DNA of 64,000 bases from Spizellomyces punctatus DAOM BR117 (taxonomy: Eukaryota), in NCBI GenBank assembly GCA_000182565.2, contig KQ257456.1; one strand, written 5' to 3'. The translations under genes were made by a program, and so were the position numbers. Positions 1 to 11,800 of this stretch are shown here, one piece after another. Under the pieces are notes generated by a model that was given only the letters and a program-made list of their open reading frames with translations, did not search any database and was not told the DNA's origin. Positions within the stretch are counted from its first letter, which is position 1. Every line of letters starts with the position of its first letter.

Positions 1-302
1 GACGTTTCTCGCCTCCCCCCTTCTCTTTACTCGTCTTCTCCACTTGTCTTCTTTGGTTGAAAAGGACTGACTGTCGCGATGGCGGAGCGGCGGCCACAAC
101 TCACCGCGGTGGGGGTGTCTCTTGGCTCCGGCCGGAGGAGGGCCTTGAAAAAAGAAAAAGAGCTTGTCTCTTACAAAAAAAGGATGAAATAAAGGATGAA
201 ACTTGACAATCATTGATGCTTTGGCACTTGGTTTATTACGCAAAGCCGACGCTCGTTTCTTGATGAGATTTCAAATGCCTGGTGATCCAGATATTCTGGG
301 CT

Positions 303-1500
303 TTAAACACTCTACAGTCATAGAGTCAGTGCACATGGTGGCCAAGATGGGCAGCTAATGCTGTACTGACCGACTTTGCCATAACTCGTATCCAGTCATC
401 CGGCCCAATTTCACCGTCTCCATCGTTGTCGCATTCTGCTAGCATCATTTGCAATTCTTCGTCTGTGAGATCCTCCCCCAGATCTTTTGCGACACGCTTG
501 ATATGCCAAATGTTTACACCATGTAATTGTCAACTCCCATAGATATATTGCCACTCACTTTTAGTTCCCGTAACCCGACTCTGCCTCTGGCGTCAGTGTC
601 GAAAATTCGGAAAGCTTCAAGAATGTTTTCACGACTATCTTTTTCGGCCTGATTGGGTAGAATCAACTGAGCCCGTGAAACTTCTCAATCCACACGAAAC
701 GGTTTTCACATTATGCTTTCTTACCAGCTTTATGGCCATCAATTGCAGAAACTCTTCCAAATTCAGGGTAGGAGAGCCGTCTACATCGAAGAGAGCAACC
801 AACCTTTCCACTTCTCCTGGCGCAGGGTGGAACCCGAGGGCACGCATTAGGATTTTAAGTTCTTTCACGTCAATTGTACCCGAGCCGTCCGTATCAAACA
901 AATTGAACACCTCTCGTATCTCTATTGTGTTATAGATTGTTAGCTTGTTGATTGATGATGCTCCCATATCTGCCAAGGAAGGGATAGGTGACCTTGCTTT
1001 TGAGCTGGCGATAGATCTACGCGTTTCCTCGTGGAGGTCGTAGGCATGATGCTTTTCCTCCTCTCATAGATCTTGGATGTTACAGGCTTGTGTTGAAGAA
1101 CATTTTCCTGTATGTCATTGACCACATCCTCTGATTCATCATCTTCTCGATCTTCCCCTCCCTCATTGAAGGCAAAGGAGACAGTCTTTTCCCTTGCCCC
1201 GACATTTTGCTCGGGACCGGTCACAGGAGGGGCTAATGGAGGTCCTGTGCTTAGGCGTGGAGCACCAGCTAGACCCACCGAAGGTCTCCGCTGTGTCACT
1301 GACAGCCGACGGGGGATACTAAAGCTTCCTCTTCTGGATGATGACAGCAAGTCGGACGGCGCAACCTATGTTGAATGAATCAGTTCCAGAGATGCAGAAG
1401 ATAAAGAGGAATGTAATGCACCTCTTCGCCGTTCATTCTCGACGGCATGTATGGTTGTGTGGAAGTCGGATCGTACCGCTGTGATGGGTTGGATTTTCAT
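303..1500 (-). CDS. Centrin-like EF-hand protein with long N-terminal extension (multi-exon)
   Basis: EF-hand segments [47 protein letters not shown] and [18 protein letters not shown], joined by GT-AG introns. ATG at 1500; stop at 303-305 after ...[10 protein letters not shown]. Confidence 0.85.
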
Positions 1501-1655
1501 GAGCGGTGGAGCTTACTATATCAGCTCACGTAAGCACGTTAGGGTTCCTTGATCCTGCAATCGGATGCTCCGTTGTTTGTTTTCAGGCCATGACCTGCCC
1601 AAAATTGTATCATGTCCGAGCCAGAGTAATTGATATGTAGCTCTGATGGGTGACA

Positions 1656-4600
1656 ATGAAGCCAGCATTGGAAGGGAAAGCGTTACATGGGACTCCCATT
1701 GCCGTCGGATCTACATCTGGAGAATTGAGGTCCTCGGAGGTGAAAAGGATCAAAGGAGCCAAGTCCTTAGGAAGTATAAGCAGTCTACATTCGACAGATA
1801 GATTTGAAAGCACAAATCGTCTACATGGAAAAGGAGGGGGATCATCAAGATCTGTACGAAGTGTGTCGCGCGACTCACTTTCTGAAAACATCCCTAGAAC
1901 TCCTTCACGAGGTCGATTGACCAAAAGCAGAAGAGAGTTAAGCCAATCAACATCGAAGAGCAATTTAGGCTCGCAAACAGAGAGATCTACTTCAAAGGGC
2001 AATTTATATAATGCAGGCCAGCGCTCAAAATCACGAGATAAGCTACTGAAGGCTGTTAGGGTTACTAGTACTGCCATATCCCTCCGTAAAGGATACCAGC
2101 AACAGAAAGGTCAAAAATCAGAGGAGGAACAGAAACCGAATTCCTCTTTGACGGAAGCAGACTCGGAATCTAAAGCTGTACCGCCAGCAACGCTATACGT
2201 CCCAATCGGCAAGTTTCTCAGCTCGGTCAATGACATTCAAAGTGTTCTGCGCTCAGTGAGCGCTACCTTCTCGGAAATCTCTCGCTCTCATCAGCGTTTG
2301 GCTGAGTGGCGTCCGACTTGGCCAAACTTGGATGACATTAAGGCTGGCAAAGTTCCCATGATGGTGCAAGATAATGCAGCTTCCCCGCCTGTCAACACAG
2401 AAGAACTCACCATTTCTGAAAAGGATATTGATGAGCATGTTCATAGTCAGGAGGATGTAGCATCTTCCTTTACCGGCGAGATTCAAGAAGCACCGGTACT
2501 ACCTAGTAGCATTGATAGGTTATCGGACGGTCATGTTAGGGCGTCAACCCACGGCGATAATATCCTTGCACCAGATGTTGAGAGGGAGAGCTCAGCAACG
2601 AGTACCGTGGAAGAGCAACGCGGTAGTGGCACGTATGCTAATCCTTTGGAGATGAGAAGTTCCGGTAAGCCAACCAAAGACTTCCAGTTTCCTTACCGTT
2701 CCGGTTTTAACAGTGTTTTCAAACCAGCAATAGTGCAGTCGGAAGAGCGGCTACATCTGAGCTACGAAAGTCCTGGTGGGAAAGTTCATTCGGTGCTGGC
2801 TCCAATTATATATAGTGAGGGTACGGCAGGAAAGGAACTCTACCCTAAGGACAGAGAAATAGCAGAAATGGACGCGGCCCCTGGGCAGAGCGACACGGCA
2901 CCGCATGAACGCTTTTCGAAAAAGCTGCAAGGGTTACAGGGTTCATCTGCATCAAGCAGTCAGCGGGAAGAATCCAATATCACGGAAAGGATTTCAATAG
3001 AACGTCCCGTTGGAAAGCAATTGTCTGGTTTGGACGATAGGGAAATCTTTGAGGCCGTGCGAGCACCTGATGCTGCACAAGATGAAATCTACCATGCGAG
3101 TGGCTTTCCAGATAACAGGATGGACGAGGAATATCTGAAACCAATGCTTCCACTCACGCCAAATAACGATGTATCTCGAAGTTTCGGCGAGGAGATTAGG
3201 TCAAAGGATGAACTAAAAAACCTGGATCATCCTTCAACCAGTTGCGGAGAACTGCCACTGCATCGCCCTAAGAGTGCTTCCTCGACACTATTTGAGAGGA
3301 AGTTCCCTTTTGAACCACGATTGTCTGTATCAGACGTGGTTCGTAAAAGCGAGCCGATGTTGGCAGTTTCTGAAGGGAACCTTCACCATTTGCGAGGCAT
3401 TCAAGGTAAAACAAAGGCAATGAGCGCACAGCCTGTGAATTCACGCCTTTCCGAGCGGCAATCGTCCAGCGCCTCTAATTTAAATCGACAGCATTCGGCG
3501 CCTACAGGAGAGCGAAAGCAATGGCGTAGTGTGTCGGTAGAGATTAACTCAGGGTCGAGACCGGTACCACCACTCTCGCCATCCACTCCACAACCATGGG
3601 AGGATGATGATGAGATGCCGAGTGCAAGAGCCCAAAGGCGTGAGCGAGAGAGAGACTTATACGGTCCAAAATCTGGCAAACAAGTGGATTCTAATGAACG
3701 AGTGGAGAAAATGCCGGAAACATTACTTGTTCAGGAGGATGAACATCAAGATCGCAAGGACGACGTGACATGTATCTCAGAAGATGCGCAGCAAATTTTA
3801 AGAAGTAAAGAATTTATCGTTCGGAGTGGCAAGGCTCCAAAGAGGTCCCTTAGCTTGGGAACTGAACTATTCTCCAAGAAAAGGTCTGCATATTCAATTT
3901 CCACTGCGGTAAAACGTGAAATACCATCCAGTCGTCCATCGAGTGCGAAAGAAATTCTGCCACAAGTTCTCAGAAAAAGTCGTACAAATATTACCACCAC
4001 TGATTGCGAGGTCAAAACTGCAACTACTGTCAATCTCCAAGTAGATCTTCAAGAGAAGCATGTCGGAGTCGTCGCCTCGCCACTGAGCAGCAGACCGTCC
4101 ACTACACATCGTCCAGTCTCAGCAAAGTCCAATCATGCCACAGAAGATGATGTCGAACATCTTGATGGACAATTATTTGCTCAACTGATCAAGGAAGCTA
4201 TATCTACCGAAAGAAAAAACTCCCTACCGAATGCAATGAATGAGGGAAGACGTCCAAAGAGCGCCTGGAAGTGCTCACCACAGGGCCAGACTAGCCAATT
4301 GCCCTCTCTTTCTCGACCGCAGACAGCCATGTCATCTGTGTCTCATTCACATCCGTCTACATCAGTCGTGGACGTGAATAAACAATATGAATATGTGCAG
4401 AGCGCCCGTCCTTGTTCTGCTCTTTGTCTCCGACCAGGCGCATCCCTGCTGAAGGATTTGATGTGGACTCATAAGCTATTCGTCTCCAACGGAGAGCCCA
4501 CTGAGGAGTTGTTTGGCATGGAGACTGAAGATATTATTTTCGAAGAGTTTCACCCTCCAACCCAACAGCGCCGTCCTACTATTGCATCAACACAGACAAC

Positions 4601-6979
4601 AGCAGCGCAGACGCAAGATGCTCCTCCCCAAGCGGCTGTTTTGCAGACGAGCACATTGGAAGCAGATGGTTGTGAGACGGCTTCGTTGATAGAGAGACTG
4701 CAACTGCTCCGTCTGCAATTAGATGGAAAGAATGAGCACATGCAGAAAAAATCGAAACGCCCCGCCTCCGCATTGTCGGTATGGTCGCTGGAGAATCGGG
4801 TCCCACTAGACTCTTCGCTAAGGACATCCTCCGCGCGTGCACGGGCATCATCTCCCCATCATCTCAGACCTACATCCGCAGTCGAGCATTATCACGATGC
4901 TGGCGTCTGGATATCTGATGAGTTCCCTTTAATGGAGTCGCCTGCAATGTGGGAAGACAAGGATGCGTTGGCCAGAATGTATTCGCAGATTGCGTCAATG
5001 CGCGAACAGGGGGAATACTCGGCGCCTTCCCAGCGGACCGTGCTCTCCAATTCTGTACGCGGGCCCTTCAAAGGCCTGCGCACGGAACTGAATCCCACAT
5101 TGATTGTAGTAGACGATTCCATGATACACGTTCCTGCTGAAAGCCGGACGCACTCTCGTTGTGCCTCTGCTCACCACCCGACGGGTACTGTCGTCGCAAC
5201 GTCTCATGGGTGGGCTGTTGAAACTGGCGACTTTGATTGCGAATCCATTCTTCTGGATGATGATATTGGGGATTTGGACGCTGCTACCTTAGCCGAAGCA
5301 GTTACGAGCATTCCTCGACGTTCACCAAGTCCCCGAGGCAGACCACGATCGCAAACCCCAACAAGGGAAGGCCATTCGTCTGAGATGGTGGAGGGTTGGT
5401 TCGTTCGTAACATGAGGAAGGAGGATCTGCCACAACAACAAGTCCAAACACCGAGGCACACCGAAGTACTGTCGGTAATGATACCAGAGACAGAATCGGA
5501 AAACCCCAATGTTTTGATACAGAGTGAAGAACCGAAACAAGCATCTGACACAGACACTAATGAATGCACTGGAAAGGAAACTGAATCCACTATACCCGTA
5601 GCCCGTATCAGAAAAAAGAAAAAGCGAAAGAAGAGATCTATTCGGCGCAAGAAACCGGACAATGCTACTTCATCGCCCGCAATTACAGCAAAGCGGGTAC
5701 GGAAATCCAGAGACCATACGTCCTTGGAAAATAAAGCAGTACTTGGATCTGTCGCAATAGAAGAACAAGTCGTCAATGACGGAGAAGCTCAACAGACCAA
5801 TCTGAACGCCTCTCTTGCTGTACCCGATACGAACACGGACAATGTTGTGGAAAATGAAGACAGTTTGTCCGGCCAGAGACTTGAAGAGGCGATGGAAATT
5901 AAAGTCAAGTATCGCCCACCGCAAAATGTCGATGCTGTTATACGGTCAATCATACGGATTGACAACCACGTCAAGCATTTGCAAAGGTGGGGGATGAGCT
6001 ACGATTTAACTGTACTGGTTGCCACTATCCTTACTTACTGTGGAATCTTGGCAGATGTCTCCGAGCGTACCACAATGTGATCCAATACCGACTTTATCTT
6101 CAAATGATTCGCTACGTTCAGAGGTGAGGCTATCTGACGATACTTCAACTATTTGTCACCAATGATTCATCTAGAGCGTACCGGGGACATCGAGTCCGCT
6201 TGCAATACCTCCGCTGTCTGCAGCTGAAACGCAGTGGAAGAAATATGGTGCTGGCAATGAAGCAGCTGGAACGAATAGACGAAGGTGCCATTATTCGTGA
6301 CAATGGAGAATACCAGCGTCCTGCTGCCAATATGAGCCGGAATTCGTTCCATTCTGGATCGGATATCTCCGAAATTCCGAGTATATCGTCCAGTTTCCCT
6401 TCTGGCATGAGCTTTGAAAATTCAATGTCCAATCTCAACCCTCTCCGCCATCGTATTTTGGTAATTGTTCGCCGAAGAAAAAACATGGACATATGGTTGA
6501 GGAAAAGAGATATGTTATTGGAGAGGAGGGTTGTTTGGGGAAAGTGCAAAGCCATTTGCGATGCGCTACGCGCGTCTTATGGACATTGGTTTGATCTCTT
6601 GGCTCGTGGAGGACCGTCAGTACTCTTGTTTGGGACATTTGTTCCCGGGGAGGAAGAATTTCCTTTCGAAAACGTTCAAGTTGAATTTCAACCCTCCTCT
6701 GATATCGCAAGTACGCCATCTGGGGGTCGAAGTCGCCGACCTAGTTCTGTCTCCGCCGATCCTAGATTATCTCGTCGTACGAGCATGGCGCCAACAATTC
6801 CGGAAGTGGGCTCACGGCGTCCCAGTAGCTTTGGGGGACTTCCCCAGGCTGCCACCACCAAGCGGGCGCGTCGAAGTACGCTGGCTAACCCGATAGAAGC
6901 TGCCATGACCAGATTAACGATGCACTTGACCCTAGAAAGTGTTATCGAGGTTATGGATGTGGTCTCTGGCACGTCTTAG
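1656..6979 (+). CDS. Large low-complexity protein with a C-terminal IQ motif
   Basis: 1476-aa ORF plus downstream exons (introns about 5987-6054 and 6123-6173). Splicing yields IRYVQRAYRGHRVR, an IQxxxRGxxxR-type motif. Confidence 0.75.
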
Positions 6980-7146
6980 GCGGCCAGCGACATATCGTCA
7001 GGGCCGGTGATGCGCGGTGGAAGCGATGTGAATGTCATCTGTGTGCTATATGTACTTTAGTCTTAACATAAATCAATACCTATTAAACATGTAAATACAT
7101 AGGATCTTGTGATCAGGTACAGTTTTGGCCGAGACAGACATCTCAT

Positions 7147-10100
7147 CTACTCAGCTATGAATGACTTTCTCCACGTATCCAGACCCTTTCTAATCTCTTC
7201 ATTTCTTTTACTTAGCTCTACCCGCAGCTGTTTTAACTCAGCGCGAAGCTGGCAGAGCTCCTCAGGGTTTTCTATTTGGGATTCTATTGCATGTTCCAGC
7301 ATAAATGTCATGCCGGCAAAGTCATCGCCAAAGAATTTTTGGAGTTTGCTGAGTTGCTTTCTCTTTTTTGTTCTCTCTACTTCAGAACCCATGTCCTCTT
7401 CAGAACTTCCCGGGTGTGGGCTTTCGTCAAATGCTGCCATTTTTTCCATCAAATCCACGACGCCGTTCTCGTTCTGGATGAACATGCTGAGTCCTCGGAT
7501 GGCCCTCTGGTGAGAACTCGCTGCAGAGTGCGGATCAAAGAGGGGATTTCCGGCGACTAAATTACTGGGTGGAACCTTGCCAAACACTCGCTCTAATTTG
7601 CTGTTTCTCCTCACATGCTCTTGGCGCACTTCTGGTGATAGAGTAACTGGTGACTTTGGCCTCACGGATGATGCGGCATCGTTTACGGTTGCTGCCGGCA
7701 AACCCTCGCCTAAAAGTGCCAGAAGCTTTTGTACCCTCTTCCTACGACGAGATCTATCATTGTCTTCCAGCAATTCAGAGCCACGTGTAATGGAGTGATT
7801 ACTTTCTTGAGAACTCAGATGACAGTTCGTTGCCGTCTTGCTATGTAATCGCACTTTGGAACCGTCGGCTGAAGCAACTGCCGTTTCGCTTCGCGCTTTC
7901 CTCTCCGAAAGCTGTACACCTGCAGATGTAACGTCTGTTTTTGATGCTAGTAGCAATGAGTCGATGCTGTAAGATCTTCTTCGGAGTAGCGGGTTTGGAC
8001 AAAGAACCTCGCCTATAGGCGTTCCAAGTACCGCCTTGATTTTCAGTTTTTGTTTCACTAGCCGCTTTTTCTCAGTTGGATCCAGCTCATTCTGATTTCG
8101 GCGAGGTAGTGGTGGGGTATATGAATGAATAGTGTGACTACGAGTCCGACCGGTGATTTTGCGTTCGTTCCCTTGAAGGCTGGCAACAGAATCCTGACGT
8201 GTTGCCAGATTCTGTGCCTTTAGCTGCGGCTTTGGTAAGTTTTCTCCAAAAAAGTTGTGTAGTTTTGAAAATCTACGCTTCTTGAATATGCTTTCAGGAA
8301 CAATCGCTTCCTCCGGGTTTTCCTGCTTTGCATCTTCAACCTCTTCATGCCCTAACTCGACTCGCGGATTTGCTTTCGCCAACTGTCGGTGGATTTGATC
8401 TCCAGAGGGGCGAGCACCAAAGAACTTTGTCAATTTCTTGTCTTTGTTTATTCTGCTCTTACGCTTGGCAGCTGACGCGTATTGCGCGTCACGAAAGTAC
8501 GTTGCAGGGGTACTCATGTGAGGAAAATAGTGTCGCAGGATTACTGTCAAGACTTGCACCTGAAAAGGCATCGAGCCATCGCTGGGTGGAAAAAAGGAGG
8601 TGAATGTATTCTGGTTTTGAAGTGCTGGGTTTTCCAACGTTGAAATCAGCTGCTGAACCAACTCCCAATCTGGAGGAGCCATTTCAAAATAGGATGCGTG
8701 AAGAAACCCCATTTTATAACCTGGTCCACCTGGATTTTAAAAGTTCCTGGGATCAGGCCTCGGTCATATGGACGAACATCGAGAGCGTAGCACTGTACCA
8801 GCTAGTCTTTGCTCATTATACTCCATGTACAGCTGATGCTTTACGAACCTTCCAAAGCTTTGCCCTTTCAAAGAATTGTAAACCATTTCTTGGCACTCGT
8901 CAAACGTTGCCCTTGTCACTGCGGCCATTGATCTCGTAACGTCCAACTTTGCTTGTGGTCGAAGATTGACAGGGAGAGGACATCCGTCGTTAATATATGT
9001 CATGAAAATATAACGGCCGTAAGGACCAACATATTCCAGAGGCACATCTTGCAATATCTCCACATCAATCCAAAATAGCAATTTTTCCAGGGTATGGTCT
9101 GATGCACAGAACTGAACAAATCGCTCCAAACCAACTTTGTGGTGCAAAACGTTTTGTAGCTTTTCGTCCATTGATAAATGCTTTGTGCGCGTCTTGGCAG
9201 TTTCAAAATTGCGGGCATGCTGGTTCCATGTAGAGGTCAGCTCACAACCGTTGATAGTAGGAAGTCACAGAGACGTTTCCTACATGTGTCGAAGGTCTTC
9301 GTTCGGTTGGACCAATCGTTTGCTTGGTATCTGCTACTGCCTCCACATTGTCGGCTGGCTCGGCTTGCTCACCTGGAGAATATACATTGCGAAATCGATC
9401 AGCAGTTCTTGATCTGCGCGCTCTCCCAGCCTGGCTTACATTCCGTTACTGTCATTACATGAACATCCTCGTCGTGTCCTAGAACGTCCTCGATGCGATC
9501 GCTAAAGTTCAGGGCAATCATATTCGTATCGTACAAAAGGCTAAAAAGCCAAAGGTAAGTTCCTGGTTATGGTTAAACATCAAACAGTTCGCGCGAGGAG
9601 TACCAGCATTCAAATGGTGTCAAATCCAAGTCACCATCTGACGATTCTAAGGCTCTCGCAAATAGCTCGACTTCGATACGCTGGGCCAGGTCCTTTTCAA
9701 TATGCAAACATCCATGTGAATCCACATTACGCAATTCCTAACAACAAACTGGTGTTTACTTCAATAGTCTCCTGGGCATCGACGATGACCGTCAGTGGCT
9801 CTGCGGAAGAGATGATATGAAGGCGAATAAATCTGTTGAGCTGTGCGGACATGCGTTCGATTAGCATTTGGCTGCCAAGTGAAGACATGTAAATTGCATC
9901 CCGTACATGCTCCACTAGGCGACTATACCGCTTTTCTGCTACCGCACTTGCGCGAAACTGCCACCGTGCTCCTGTGCCGGAATAATAGCTCCAGCGTTCA
10001 CCTTGCAGCCAGTCATTATTAACGTCAAGAAGATCGCCTATGAGTTCTTTTCCTCTCCCAGAATCTTTTGTTGCTTTCAAGTTCTCCGTTTTGTGGTGGG

Positions 10101-10188
10101 CTAAACTGTCTCTCGATGTTTTTTGCTTTGCAAAGTCTGGCAATGGACTGACACTCTCCAAACTCCTGGCTCGTCTGCTCTTTGTCAT
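7147..10188 (-). CDS. RGS-domain protein with a long C-terminal region (multi-exon)
   Basis: ORF 8764-9171 reads LQNVLHHKVGLERFVQFCASDHTLEKLLFWIDVE...IFMTYINDGCPLPVNL...FDECQEMVYNSLKGQSFGRF, a typical RGS fold. It is flanked by ORFs 9727-10188 and 7147-8712 with splice signals. Confidence 0.8.
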
Positions 10189-10459
10189 CTCTCAAACTGC
10201 AGACACACAGTCAAACTGCCGGTACAACGTGCCCTACCAATTCAGAAACAAGTAAGTAAGGATAGATAATGGCCATGTCAGCCGCATTCAGCCACGATTC
10301 AGGTAATCCAAGATCAAAGTTCAATTAGAACCTCGACCCCCAAGCCCAGCTCCGTTCAAAGTGTGTTTGCTTACGCAATTCGCAATTTCACCTAATTTAT
10401 CTATTATTGAATTACCAAATCACATCATGTGACATTGTACCTAAAATGCCGAGGAGAGA

Positions 10460-10480
10460 AACCCTAACCCTAACCCTAAC
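10460..10480 (+). repeat. Interstitial telomeric repeat, (CCCTAA)3 plus flanks
   Basis: The sequence aaccctaaccctaaccctaac is read directly. Confidence 0.95.
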
Positions 10481-10519
10481 ACTCTAGTGACAGATATTTC
10501 CTCTGCGAGAGACGCAGAC

Positions 10520-11800
10520 ATGGGCGATTCTGATGACGACCACGACATGGACAACAACAGATCAAGTGAGGAGAGTAGCAGCAGCGAGCAAGACCATGAA
10601 GACGATCTGGATGACGATGAGGAAAATGACGACTCTTTCAATCTCGGCAACGACCCAAATCTGCTGTATGTGTTATCAGCTCTCGATTAGGATACTAGTG
10701 CGCCCTGATGATTTAGTGCGTCATTTGACAGGGGACAGCTGGTACATGAATTGGAAGAACGTGAGACGAGCGATAGACAATCGACAAGGCAGACCAAGCG
10801 CTCGTCGCAGACACCAGAGATCCTACTATCTCCGACACGCACGGTCACGAGAAAACGGCAGCAGGCCACTCCGCTGTCGCAAGTACGGGAAGCCTCTCGT
10901 ACTCCGACGCGTGTGACGACTCGAAGCCAGGCAAAACGTGTCACTGAAGGCGGAGGCAAGGAGGCTTCCATAACTCCAGTACAACGTACGAAACGTGCAC
11001 GCCAAAAGTCAGATATCTTGGACGGATTGGATGCCGCACGGGAAGTCTTTAGGTAATGGATATGCAAATCAGGGATATTGGGCGCTTTTCTTTAACATGT
11101 GGGTTTAGTCAGAATGTACGTGATCCGATCAAGCGCGTGTACCAAGCTGTTGACGCCGAATTTCCGAGACAAGAACCTCCGACGCCGTCTCCCAGACCTG
11201 TGCCGCGGTCTAGACCCGCGACTCGTCCATCGGATGTCTTTACCAGTGATGAGGAAGAGGTCAGGGAGACAGTTGCGCGACGGGATTGTCTCGCGGAACA
11301 AAAGGCAAGAAAACGGGCAGAAAGGGGACGCAAAAGGCGAGAAAGGGAACGCGCTCGAGTGATTGCCACTCCACGCCCAAATGGTAAGATCAGGTTGGAT
11401 TTTATCCTGTCAGTTTATTGTATAGTTTACACTTTTCTCGTCAGCATCTCCCACTGGAAATACGCGGACAATAGCAGCTCCGGCAGACCCTCGGCGCATG
11501 CTCGAGGTCAGTGGCGCCCGATCACCCTCTGTGACCTCTTCAGGTGGCACGGGGCCGCGACGTCGGCGCATGTGGACGCGACAAGACGAAGAAGAGCTGG
11601 AGAGGGGGCTTGAAAAGCACCAGTACCACACGAGACGCTGGCGACTGATTTTGGATGAAGGCAAAGCCAAGGGATTATTTCAGGGGCGCCATAACGTGGA
11701 TTTGAATAATAAGGCGAGACAAATGAAGGAGGCCAGGCTCAAAGCAGGCTTGCCCCTTGGCGGTTTTGAGTACGCCCTTGACCGTCATCTGCATACATGA
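10520..11800 (+). CDS. Telobox-type (TRF/Tbf1-like) single Myb/SANT-domain protein
   Basis: Four exons (about 10520-10665, 10732-11052, 11113-11383, 11445-11800). The C-terminal RRRMWTRQDEEELERGLEKH...WRLIL...FQGRHNVDLNNKARQMK resembles the telobox consensus (R.nVdLKDKwRN / Tbf1 QLKDKARN). Confidence 0.75.

Noticed and set aside
1610-5974. Numerous antisense ORFs overlapping large genes
   Set aside because: Shadow ORFs of long coding exons with no independent evidence.
10460-10480. Telomerase RNA template or true chromosome end
   Set aside because: 3.5 repeats is longer than a typical template, and the tract is internal, between two intact genes.
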